Source: an uncultured Pseudomonadota bacterium (GTDB lineage: Bacteria > Pseudomonadota > Gammaproteobacteria > Steroidobacterales > Woeseiaceae). Taken from it: DNA of 64,000 nucleotides. Shown here piece after piece: positions 55,732-64,000 of the stretch. Within the stretch, counting starts at the first letter, position 1. Each line of letters starts with the position of its first letter. Both the position numbers and the translations under genes were made by a program. The stretch lies in the NCBI GenBank assembly GCA_963713215.1, contig CAVQKY010000005.1, positions 823,151 through 887,150 on the forward strand, written 5' to 3'. The notes beneath the pieces were generated by a model, which was not told where the DNA came from, ran no database searches, and saw only the letters and a list, made by a program, of their open reading frames with translations.

Positions 55732-55873
55732 CCGATCAACAAGGGGACGACGCCTGACTCTGGCTCTCGCCGCACCGACACGACGGGTGGCGAGCGGGCA
55801 ACCGTTCTCTTGCCGAAGCGGGTTGGAGCGTCAACATCGAGTTCCGCAAGGAGCACAGGGGGAGCAGGGTCTA

Positions 55874-58021
55874 ATGAAATCCGCCGTTAAATTGGAAGCA
55901 CACACCGTCAACGAGATCGATTTTCAGCCAGCCTCTCTCGATATCTGGGAGGCCAAGTATCGACTCGCCGAAAAGAATGGCGTCGCGATCGACACGACCA
56001 TCGACGAGACCTATACGCGTGTGGCGCGGGCACTCGCGGATGTCGAGCCGGAGTCGAAGCGAGAACGTTACTTCAACGAGTTTCTCTGGGCGTTGCGCTC
56101 CGGGGCAATCCCGGCAGGCCGGATCGTGTCCAATGCCGGCGCCAAGGAGCACAAACCCGCGACGTCGACGATCAATTGTACCGTGTCGGGCACCATCGCC
56201 GATTCGATGGACAATATCCTCGACAAGGTGCACGAGGCCGGCCTGACGCTGAAGGCCGGCTGCGGTATCGGCTACGAGTTCTCGACGCTGAGGCCGAAAG
56301 GCGCATACGTCAGCGGGGCAGGTGCCTATACCTCGGGGCCGCTCTCGTTCATGGATATCTACGACAAGATGTGTTTCACGGTGTCCTCGGCCGGCGGGCG
56401 TCGCGGCGCGCAGATGGGCACCTTCGACGTGGGGCATCCGGACGTGATGGAGTTCATCCGCGCGAAGCGCGAGGACGGACGGCTTCGCCAGTTCAACCTG
56501 TCGCTGCTCGTCACGGACGAATTCATGCAGGCGGTGATCAACGAGGAGGAGTGGAAGCTCGCGTTCCCGATTACCGAGAAGGAGCTGGAGCAGGACGGTT
56601 ACGACCTCACGGACGAGTCGCAGTTCGTCTGGCGGGAATGGCCGGATGCCGGCAACTACGTCAGCAACGGCGAAGGCCTGGTTGCCTGCAAGATCTACAA
56701 GACCCTGCCGGCTCACCGGGTTTGGGACCTGATCATGGCTTCGACCTACGATTTTGCGGAGCCCGGCTTCGTGCTGATCGACAAGGTCAATGAAATGAAC
56801 AACAACTGGTTCTGCGAGAACATTCGCGCGACCAATCCCTGTGGCGAACAACCGCTGCCGCCCTACGGGTCGTGCCTGCTCGGTTCGGTGAACCTGACAC
56901 GCTTTGTCGTCGATCCGTTCACCGACAAGGCGCGCTTCGACTGGGACAGCTTCCGCAAGGTCGTCAAGATATTCACGCGGATGCTGGACAACGTCGTTGA
57001 AATCAACGGCCTGCCGCTGCCCCAGCAACGGCATGAAATCCTGCGCAAACGCCGGCACGGAATGGGTTTCCTGGGGCTGGGTTCGACCATCACTATGCTT
57101 TGCATGCATTATGGCGACGAGAGCTCGGTGCAGTTCACCGAGGACGTAGCCCGGGAGTTGGCCATCGCGGGCTGGGAGGAAGCGCTCGATCTCGCCATCG
57201 AGAAGGGGCCGGCGCCGATCATGGCGGAGCAGTTCGAGGTCACGGAGGAAATGCTGCGCAAGCGCCCGGAAATGCTGGCTGACGGCTATCGTGCGGGCGA
57301 CAAGGTCGCCGGGCGCGTGCTGCATGCTCGTTACAGTCGCTACATGCAGCGCCTCGCCGCGGCGGCGCCGGATCTCGTGGACAAGCTGGAACGGACGGGC
57401 GCGCGATTCACGCACCATAGCTCGATAGCGCCCACCGGTACGATTTCACTGTCGCTTGCGAACAATGCGTCGAACGGCATCGAGCCCAGCTTCGCGCACC
57501 ACTATTTCCGGAATGTGATCCGGCAGGGGAAGAAGTCGAAGGAAAAAGTCGACGTTTTCTCATTTGAATTGCTGGCCTACCGCGAGCTGGTCGACAAGAA
57601 TGCGATGCCCGAGTCCGGTGCCGCGACGAGCAATCTCCCGGCGTATTTCGTGTCGGCGGATGACATTTCGCCCACAGCGCACGTCGATATCCAGGCCGCG
57701 GCGCAACGATGGATCGACTCGTCGATTTCGAAGACGGCGAATGTACCGACGGACTATGCCTATGAAGACTTCAAGGGCATCTACCTGTATGCCTATCGCC
57801 AGGGACTCAAAGGTTGCACGACGTTTCGCTTCAACCCGGAAGCGTTCCAGGGCGTACTGGTCAAGGAAAAGGACCTGAAAAACACGACGTATACTTTCAC
57901 GCTCGACGATGGATCGACCGTCAGCCTGAAAGGGGACGAGGAGATCGAATACGACGGCGAGGTGCATACCGCTGCCAATCTCTTCGATGCTCTCAAGGAA
58001 GGGTATTACGGCAAGTTCTGA
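55874..58021 (+). CDS. nrdJa: class II (adenosylcobalamin-dependent) ribonucleotide reductase, large N-terminal polypeptide
   Basis: In-frame ATG 55874 of ORF 55787..58021. STINCTVSG, GCGIGYEFSTLRPKG, RRGAQMGT, NPCGEQPLPPYGSCLLGSVNL, SIAPTGTISL. Confidence 0.9.
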   Translation: MKSAVKLEAHTVNEIDFQPASLDIWEAKYRLAEKNGVAIDTTIDETYTRVARALADVEPESKRERYFNEFLWALRSGAIPAGRIVSNAGAKEHKPATSTINCTVSGTIADSMDNILDKVHEAGLTLKAGCGIGYEFSTLRPKGAYVSGAGAYTSGPLSFMDIYDKMCFTVSSAGGRRGAQMGTFDVGHPDVMEFIRAKREDGRLRQFNLSLLVTDEFMQAVINEEEWKLAFPITEKELEQDGYDLTDESQFVWREWPDAGNYVSNGEGLVACKIYKTLPAHRVWDLIMASTYDFAEPGFVLIDKVNEMNNNWFCENIRATNPCGEQPLPPYGSCLLGSVNLTRFVVDPFTDKARFDWDSFRKVVKIFTRMLDNVVEINGLPLPQQRHEILRKRRHGMGFLGLGSTITMLCMHYGDESSVQFTEDVARELAIAGWEEALDLAIEKGPAPIMAEQFEVTEEMLRKRPEMLADGYRAGDKVAGRVLHARYSRYMQRLAAAAPDLVDKLERTGARFTHHSSIAPTGTISLSLANNASNGIEPSFAHHYFRNVIRQGKKSKEKVDVFSFELLAYRELVDKNAMPESGAATSNLPAYFVSADDISPTAHVDIQAAAQRWIDSSISKTANVPTDYAYEDFKGIYLYAYRQGLKGCTTFRFNPEAFQGVLVKEKDLKNTTYTFTLDDGSTVSLKGDEEIEYDGEVHTAANLFDALKEGYYGKF

Positions 58022-58071
58022 AGCGGTACCGGAAATATGCTCACGGATAAAAACCTACGGAAAATCGAGAC

Positions 58072-58773
58072 ATGATCAAGATTGACAAGAAGATCGTTGG
58101 CTACGAAGTCGGCAAGCAGGCGCCGGCCGTGGCGAAAGCCGAACCGGCACGTGAGGGTGCCGTTGGCAAGCGGGCCGAAGTCATCCGCATGCACGAGAAA
58201 CTCGAGCGCCCGGAGATGCTCATCGGGTCGACCTACAAGGTCAAGACGCCGGTCTCCGATCACGCCATGTACGTGACGATTAACGATATCGTGTTGAACG
58301 AGGGTACCGAGCACGAGAAGCGCCGGCCGTTCGAGATGTTCATCAACTCGAAGAATCTCGATCACTACCAGTGGATCGTGGCCCTGACCCGTATCATTTC
58401 CGCCGTGTTCCGCAAAGGTGGAGACGTCGCGTTCCTCGTCGACGAACTCAAGGCGGTATTCGATCCGCGTGGCGGGTACTGGCAGCCGGGCGGCAAGTTC
58501 ATGCCGTCGATCATTGCGGAACTCGGCTATATCGTCGAGAAGCACCTGATCTCGATCGGTCTGCTGGTCCGGCCGGAACTCAATCCGGCGCAAAAGCAAT
58601 TAATCGCCGAGAAACGAGAGCAATTCGTCCAGGCAAAAAAGCAACAAGACGCGTTTTCGAAAGCCGACTACCCGGAAGGGGCGCAGCTCTGCACGAAATG
58701 CAACACGGCGGCCGTGATTCGCATGGATGGCTGCATGACCTGCCTGTCCTGCGGCGATTCCAAGTGCGGCTAG
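58072..58773 (+). CDS. nrdJb: class II ribonucleotide reductase C-terminal polypeptide (TSCPD-like domain + Cys-rich tail)
   Basis: ORF 58072..58773. RPEMLIGSTYKVKTP..MYVTINDI..PFEMFINSKN..WIVALTRIISAVFRKGGD, C-terminal CTKCNTAAVIRMDGCMTCLSCGDSKCG. Starts 50 nt after nrdJa. Confidence 0.8.
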   Translation: MIKIDKKIVGYEVGKQAPAVAKAEPAREGAVGKRAEVIRMHEKLERPEMLIGSTYKVKTPVSDHAMYVTINDIVLNEGTEHEKRRPFEMFINSKNLDHYQWIVALTRIISAVFRKGGDVAFLVDELKAVFDPRGGYWQPGGKFMPSIIAELGYIVEKHLISIGLLVRPELNPAQKQLIAEKREQFVQAKKQQDAFSKADYPEGAQLCTKCNTAAVIRMDGCMTCLSCGDSKCG

Positions 58774-58897
58774 GCCGAGCGTGCGCCCGGCGCCGCAGCT
58801 GACAATAGTATTGTGTAATCCCCCCCCAGCAGGGGAAGTTTTGTGGCTCCGGGTCGTGTGCCGCAACCCGTGCGACGGGTCGTGCTAAAGTCCGGCC

Positions 58898-60316
58898 GTG
58901 ACCCTCAGTATCCCGGACTTTTCTGCAGCGCGTGTCGTCGTTGCCGGCGACGTGATGCTCGACCAGTACCTGTTCGGCGCAACGACGCGCATATCCCCCG
59001 AAGCTCCCGTACCCGTCGTACATGTGCACAGCGAGGACGATCGCGCGGGCGGTGCCGCGAACGTGGCAGTCAACCTCGCCGCGCTGGGGTCTGCGACCAT
59101 ACTACTCGGTGTCGTAGGGCAGGACCGTGCTGCCGACACGCTCGAACGCATATTGGCCGAGCGGGGCATAGAGTGCATTTTCGACCGTGTTGCCGGGAAA
59201 CCGACGGTCACCAAGCTGCGGGTGCAGAGCCGCGGGCAGCAGCTGATCCGACTCGATCGCGAGAACGACTCTCCCGTCACGAGCGGCGCACTGCTCGAGG
59301 CGCTGAAGCGGGTCTTGCCGGGCGCCGGCGCGCTCGTGCTTTCCGATTATGGCAAGGGCGCGCTGGCGGGTGTCGGCGCGCTGATCGTGGAAAGCCGCCG
59401 TGCGGGCGTGCCGGTATTGGTGGATCCGAAGGGCCGGGACTTCACCCGGTATCGCGGCGCGACGCTCCTGACACCGAACCAGGGAGAGTTCGAGGCCGTC
59501 GCCGGAATTTGTAGCAGCGACGAGGATCTGGTCGCGCGCGGCCTCGCCATGATCGATGACCTGGACCTCGAGGCGCTGCTGATAACGCGCAGCGAAAAAG
59601 GCATGCTCCTCCTGGAGCGGGATGCCGAACCGCTGTTCCTCTCGACCGCTGCGCGGGAAGTCTTCGATGTCACCGGTGCCGGGGATACCGTCATCGCGAC
59701 GCTGGCCGGCGCAGTGGCCAGCCGGCTGTCCTTCGCATCTGCGGCGGCGCTCGCAAACCTGGCCGCCGGACTCGTGGTGCGCAAGCTGGGGGCGGCGACC
59801 GTCACCCCGACCGAACTCAGGGTGGCCTTGCATGCACGCGGCCAGGGCGGCGGTGGCATTGTGGCTCGCGACGTACTGCCCGGCATTCTTGCCGAGGCGC
59901 GGCAGCGCAACGAACGGGTCGTCATGACGAACGGCTGCTTCGACATTCTGCACGCCGGGCATGTAGCCTACCTGGAGGAGGCAAAGAGCCTCGGCGACCG
60001 GCTGATCGTCGCCGTCAACGACGACGCGTCCGTACGACGCCTGAAGGGCGGCGGACGACCGGTCAATCCGCTGGAAGACCGCATGCTCGTGCTGGCAGGG
60101 CTCGCGGCAGTGGATTGGGTCGTGCCGTTTCACGAAGATACACCGGCCGCGCTGATCGCGGCGATGCTCCCTGACGTGCTCGTCAAAGGCGGCGATTATC
60201 GCCCCGAGGACATCGCGGGCTCACGCGCAGTACTCGACAATGGTGGTGAAGTACGGGTTCTCGCGTTTCTCGACGGGCGATCGACCAGCGGCATTATCGA
60301 ACGCCTCAGGTCGTAG
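58898..60316 (+). CDS. hldE: bifunctional heptose 7-phosphate kinase / heptose 1-phosphate adenylyltransferase
   Basis: ORF 58898..60316 (GTG). VVVAGDVMLDQY, DVTGAGDTV, and TNGCFDILHAGHVAYL in the C-terminal cytidylyltransferase half. Confidence 0.9.
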   Translation: MTLSIPDFSAARVVVAGDVMLDQYLFGATTRISPEAPVPVVHVHSEDDRAGGAANVAVNLAALGSATILLGVVGQDRAADTLERILAERGIECIFDRVAGKPTVTKLRVQSRGQQLIRLDRENDSPVTSGALLEALKRVLPGAGALVLSDYGKGALAGVGALIVESRRAGVPVLVDPKGRDFTRYRGATLLTPNQGEFEAVAGICSSDEDLVARGLAMIDDLDLEALLITRSEKGMLLLERDAEPLFLSTAAREVFDVTGAGDTVIATLAGAVASRLSFASAAALANLAAGLVVRKLGAATVTPTELRVALHARGQGGGGIVARDVLPGILAEARQRNERVVMTNGCFDILHAGHVAYLEEAKSLGDRLIVAVNDDASVRRLKGGGRPVNPLEDRMLVLAGLAAVDWVVPFHEDTPAALIAAMLPDVLVKGGDYRPEDIAGSRAVLDNGGEVRVLAFLDGRSTSGIIERLRS

Positions 60317-60334
60317 GTCGGTTCGCAAAGCACC

Positions 60335-61603
60335 GTGAAGCTGCTCTATCACCTGCTCACCTACCTGTTACTTATCCCGTACACGCTCTACTGGGCCGCG
60401 CGAGCCCTCGTGAACCGTGACTACCGCCCGAAGCTCGCCCAGCGGTTCGGTTTCGGTTATGAGCGCCTGGCGTCCTGCATCTGGGTGCACGCGGTGTCCG
60501 TCGGGGAGGTGGTCGCGGCAGCGCCGCTGATCAATGCCCTGCGGCGCGAGTGGCCGGAGAAGCCGCTGCTCGTGACGACCGTGACGCCCACCGGCGCGGC
60601 ACGCGTCGAAAAGCTGTTCGGCAGCCGCGTGCACCACGCCTATATCCCGTTCGAGACACCAGATGCCGTCAAGCGCTTCTTCGCCACGGTAAGGCCCGAA
60701 ATCGCCCTCGTCATGGAAACGGAGATCTGGCCCAACCTGTACCGCGAGTGCGGCCAGCGCCGCATCCCGCTGGTCCTCGTCAGCGCACGGATTTCACCGC
60801 GCTCCGTCAACAGCTACCGGAAGCTGTTGCCCCTGTTCCGGGAGACGCTGTCACACGGCATCGTCATCGCGGCACAAAGCGAGGCGGACGCCGAGCGCTT
60901 CATGTTCCTGGGCGCGAGCCCGGAGCGCACGCGCGTGATCGGGAACATCAAGTTCGACATCGAGCTGCCGGCGGACCTCGTCCTGCGCGGGCGGCGCTTC
61001 CGCGAGGACATCCTGGGCCGTGACAGGCCGGTATGGATTGCCGCGAGCACCCACGACGGCGAGGAGGACCGGGTCCTCGACGCCCATGCGACGCTGTGCA
61101 AAGGTCACCCGGAGCTGTTGCTGATTCTCGTCCCGAGGCATCCGCAACGATTCGGCACCGTCCGCGAACTCCTCGAACGGCGCGGGGTCGCCTTCGTCAC
61201 GCGAAGCAGCGGCGACGCCTGCCGGCCGGACACGCGTGTGTTCCTCGGCGACACGATGGGCGACGTTCCCCTGTTCTACGCGGCGAGCGATATCGCATTC
61301 GTGGCCGGCAGCCTTGTCCCCATCGGCGGCCACAATCTTCTGGAACCGGCGGCGCTGGGGCTGCCGACCCTGACGGGCCCGCACGTGTTCAACGCACAGG
61401 ACGTCGCCGACCAGTTCCTGCAAAACGACGCGTGCCGGATGGTGGAGGATGCAGGAGAATTGGCTGCGGTCGTGGCGTACCTGCTAGACCACGACGAGGA
61501 AGCGCGACGCATCGGCGACAACGGCCGCGGCCTCCTGGAGCGAAACCGGGGTGCGCTGTCGCGGCTGCTCGCGATAATCGGTCCGCTGCTAAGGCGCGGC
61601 TGA
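60335..61603 (+). CDS. waaA: 3-deoxy-D-manno-octulosonic acid transferase
   Basis: ORF 60335..61603. WVHAVSVGEV, ETEIWPN, SLVPIGGHNLLEPAALG. Confidence 0.9.
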   Translation: MKLLYHLLTYLLLIPYTLYWAARALVNRDYRPKLAQRFGFGYERLASCIWVHAVSVGEVVAAAPLINALRREWPEKPLLVTTVTPTGAARVEKLFGSRVHHAYIPFETPDAVKRFFATVRPEIALVMETEIWPNLYRECGQRRIPLVLVSARISPRSVNSYRKLLPLFRETLSHGIVIAAQSEADAERFMFLGASPERTRVIGNIKFDIELPADLVLRGRRFREDILGRDRPVWIAASTHDGEEDRVLDAHATLCKGHPELLLILVPRHPQRFGTVRELLERRGVAFVTRSSGDACRPDTRVFLGDTMGDVPLFYAASDIAFVAGSLVPIGGHNLLEPAALGLPTLTGPHVFNAQDVADQFLQNDACRMVEDAGELAAVVAYLLDHDEEARRIGDNGRGLLERNRGALSRLLAIIGPLLRRG

Positions 61604-61615
61604 CGCAGGCGCGGC

Positions 61616-63049
61616 TTACGGGCTTCCCGGCTTCGCGGCTTCCTCTTCGGCGAACTGTTCCTCGGGCGACTTGCGGTCTTCGAAGAAGGGTTGCAGCACT
61701 TCGAGATCCTGCACCTGCAGAGTCCCTGCAGCCTGCTTGAGACGCATGTAATTCAGAAGATAGTCGTAGCGAGCCTGCTGATAATTGGTGATGGACTGAT
61801 ACAACTGGAACTGGAAGTTCAGGACGTCGACGATCGTGCGCGTCCCGACGTCGAAGCCGGCCTGGGTGGCTTCCAGTGCGGTGCGGCTGGATTGCACGGC
61901 CTGCGCCAGCGCCTGGACGCGGCTGATTTCCGAGAGGACGCCGAGATAGGCGTCCCTGGCCTGCCGTTCCGTCTCGCGCGTAACCCGTTGCAGGTTTTCC
62001 TGGCTCGCTCGATGCAGGTACACCGCTTCGCGCACCCGTGACGAGGTGTAGCCGCCCGAGAATATCGGCAGGTTGAACTGGATGCCGATGGAGTCGCCCT
62101 GGTTGTCGTAATCCGCCGGAACAAAAGGGCTGCCGCCGACGCTTCGATCGACCTCGGCATCGGTCTCGCCGGTACTGGCCACGAGGTCGACGCTCGGATA
62201 ATGCCCGCTCCGCCGGAAGGAAATCTCGTCGCGTGCCAGCTGTTCGTCGATGCGGCTCGAAACCAGCGCGAGGTTCTGGTCGAGTGCGAGATTGACCCAC
62301 TGGTTCTCGTTCTCCGGCGACGGCGAGATCAGCGGCAATTCTTCCGTCGGCGCATCGAGTTCCTCGATGTACTCGCCGGTAATCTCACGCAGGAACCCGC
62401 GCGCGGTCGCGAGTTGCCGCTTGGCAGCGATTTCGTCGGCGCCTGCCTGATCGTACGCCGCCTGCGATTCCTGTACGTCGGTGATCGCGATCAGCCCGAC
62501 CTCGAATCGCTGCTTGGCCTGCTCGAGCTGGCGCGCAATCGCGTTACGGTTTGCGTGTATGGCGAGCAGCCGGTCCTCGGCCGCCAGCACGTCGAAGTAG
62601 CGCAGCACGACCCGCACGATCAGGTCCTGCTGGGCAGCTTCCCTGTCGGTTTCGGCACGCGCGACGATCTTATCGGCCTGGCGCAGGCCGACGATCTGTT
62701 CCCACCGGAAAATCGTCTGGCGCAGGCCGAACTGCCATCGCTTGATCTCGGCTTCATCGTCGGAGGCAATCCGCGCGGGTATACCGGTCTCGTCGTCAAA
62801 GATGGTGGTGCCACCGCTGTCAGTCGTTGTCCAGTCGCCGTCGAGTGCGACCTGCGGGAACAGCAGGCCGCGCGCCTGCGGCTCGGCCTCGAGGGCTGCC
62901 AGCCGCCGCGCCTCGGCTTCATGTATCAACGGATCGCTTTGCAGCGCCTGTTGATAGACCTCGAGCAAGGAGGCGGCATGAGCCGTGCCGACCCCGGCCG
63001 ACAGGGCCACAACGACAAGCAAGGTGCTGATATTGTTCACTATTTTCAT
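61616..63049 (-). CDS. tolC: TolC family outer-membrane channel
   Basis: ORF 61616..63085, start at MKIVNN (63049). Signal, then SLLEVYQQALQSDPLI and two repeated coiled-coil/barrel halves. Confidence 0.85.
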   Translation of the reverse strand: MKIVNNISTLLVVVALSAGVGTAHAASLLEVYQQALQSDPLIHEAEARRLAALEAEPQARGLLFPQVALDGDWTTTDSGGTTIFDDETGIPARIASDDEAEIKRWQFGLRQTIFRWEQIVGLRQADKIVARAETDREAAQQDLIVRVVLRYFDVLAAEDRLLAIHANRNAIARQLEQAKQRFEVGLIAITDVQESQAAYDQAGADEIAAKRQLATARGFLREITGEYIEELDAPTEELPLISPSPENENQWVNLALDQNLALVSSRIDEQLARDEISFRRSGHYPSVDLVASTGETDAEVDRSVGGSPFVPADYDNQGDSIGIQFNLPIFSGGYTSSRVREAVYLHRASQENLQRVTRETERQARDAYLGVLSEISRVQALAQAVQSSRTALEATQAGFDVGTRTIVDVLNFQFQLYQSITNYQQARYDYLLNYMRLKQAAGTLQVQDLEVLQPFFEDRKSPEEQFAEEEAAKPGSP

Positions 63050-63236
63050 ATTGAGCGCGTTCCTCGCATGCACGGCGAAGGCCATGTCGAAGTGTTATGG
63101 TGGACTATATCACCAAATCAGTTGGGGTAGGAAACCGGACGTGGCGTGCGTCCCCAATGATACCGGTTCCGCGGGTACAGACATTCTATAGATGCAGCAG
63201 GTTCCCCTGTGGTTTCGTGTCTCCGGGCGATTGCGC

Positions 63237-63887
63237 TCAAAACGTGAACCGCGGCGGCGGCCCGGCGTTGACGAGCGGCTCGAGCGACGTCTCGAACAGC
63301 GATTCACTCGCCCAGCCGCTGTCAGACGTGCGGCGCAGGAGTCGCGCATCCATGACCGGCGGATCGCCGACCACGATAAACAGGCGGCCACCGGGAGCGA
63401 GCGCCTCGACGTATCGCGGGTCGAAACGATGCAGCGAACCGGTGACCGCTATGGCATCGAAACGGCCCGGCGGCAACGCGGCGGTGGCGTCCAGGCAAGA
63501 CAGTTCGACATTTGCAATGCCGGCATCCGCCAGCCGCAGGCCGGCGCGCTGCGACAAGGACCGGAAAACCTCGACACTGCTGACATGGGCACCCAGCCGC
63601 GCAAGGCAGGCGGTGAGAAAACCGCTGCCGGTGCCGACCTCGAGAATTTTCTCCGTTCCATCGAGCGCGAGTGCCTGGAGAACCCGGCCTTCAACCGTCG
63701 GTGTCATCATCGACTGGCCGTAGCCGATAGGGATCGGCGTGTCGGAAAATGCCAATGCCCGGAACTCCGGCGGCACGAATTGTTCTCGCGGGACCGCTGC
63801 CAGCACGTCCAGCACGCGGGGATCGAAGACTTGCCAGGCCCGGACCTGCTGCTCGATCATTTGTTGGCGGGCAATCTCTACGTTCAT
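63237..63887 (-). CDS. pcm: protein-L-isoaspartate O-methyltransferase family protein
   Basis: ORF 63237..63887. ILEVGTGSGFLTACLA SAM motif and PRFxF-type C-terminus. Directly upstream of tolC, a common arrangement. Confidence 0.8.
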   Translation of the reverse strand: MNVEIARQQMIEQQVRAWQVFDPRVLDVLAAVPREQFVPPEFRALAFSDTPIPIGYGQSMMTPTVEGRVLQALALDGTEKILEVGTGSGFLTACLARLGAHVSSVEVFRSLSQRAGLRLADAGIANVELSCLDATAALPPGRFDAIAVTGSLHRFDPRYVEALAPGGRLFIVVGDPPVMDARLLRRTSDSGWASESLFETSLEPLVNAGPPPRFTF

Positions 63888-64000
63888 CGGTACGACCTTA
63901 TTGACTGTGAGACCATGGGCGGTCGCATCAGGCGCACGGCAAGGGGCCCGATGCGAGAGAGCGGCAGACGGAATTATGGTGAATCAAGCGAGTTGCCTGT

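Noticed and set aside
55703-55873. Cobalamin riboswitch in the nrdJ leader (B12-dependent enzyme)
   Set aside because: I could not find the B12-box core (GCCACTG-like) or the conserved GGTG..AA..CC / AGGGAA elements. The leader only shows simple hairpins.
55871-57418. 515-aa ORF on the - strand
   Set aside because: It is antisense to nrdJa, whose identity is unambiguous.

Overview
Visibly GC-rich, densely coding proteobacterial chromosome segment, most likely gammaproteobacterial judging by gene order. No search tools were used: every family name comes from motifs I read in the translations, and start codons are my own choices. I found no rRNA, CRISPR array, transposase, integrase or prophage gene. 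About two thirds of the window is ordinary housekeeping. This includes cls, fdxA, rsgA, pxpABC, the rpsU-yqeY-dnaG-rpoD operon followed by a CAU-anticodon tRNA, tsaD, folB-folK, uppP, cca, slt, a DegP-family protease, an Hsp20 gene with a sigma32-like promoter, split B12-dependent nrdJa/nrdJb, hldE, waaA, tolC and pcm. The most interesting part is a contiguous ~13 kb locus (about 5.4-18.7 kb) of two divergent transcription units around an ~0.85 kb non-coding spacer. It encodes almost only exported proteins of unknown function. These are three proteins carrying five CXXCH haem c motifs in total (one with a LamG-like domain, one with a TolB-like beta-propeller), a Tat-exported DUF1501/DUF1552-like protein, a zinc-ribbon/methyltransferase/PqqD-like fusion, two small outer-membrane barrels (one with an SH3-like domain), and a DUF4266 lipoprotein with a DUF3570 barrel. 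I propose it as a candidate undescribed envelope (possibly redox) system. Secondary leads are a sortase-like transpeptidase apparently co-transcribed with ydbH-ynbE-ydbL, a Tat-signal TldD translationally coupled to a signal-less PmbA, 11-bp phased direct repeats in a divergent promoter, and a duplicated ~88 bp intergenic element.
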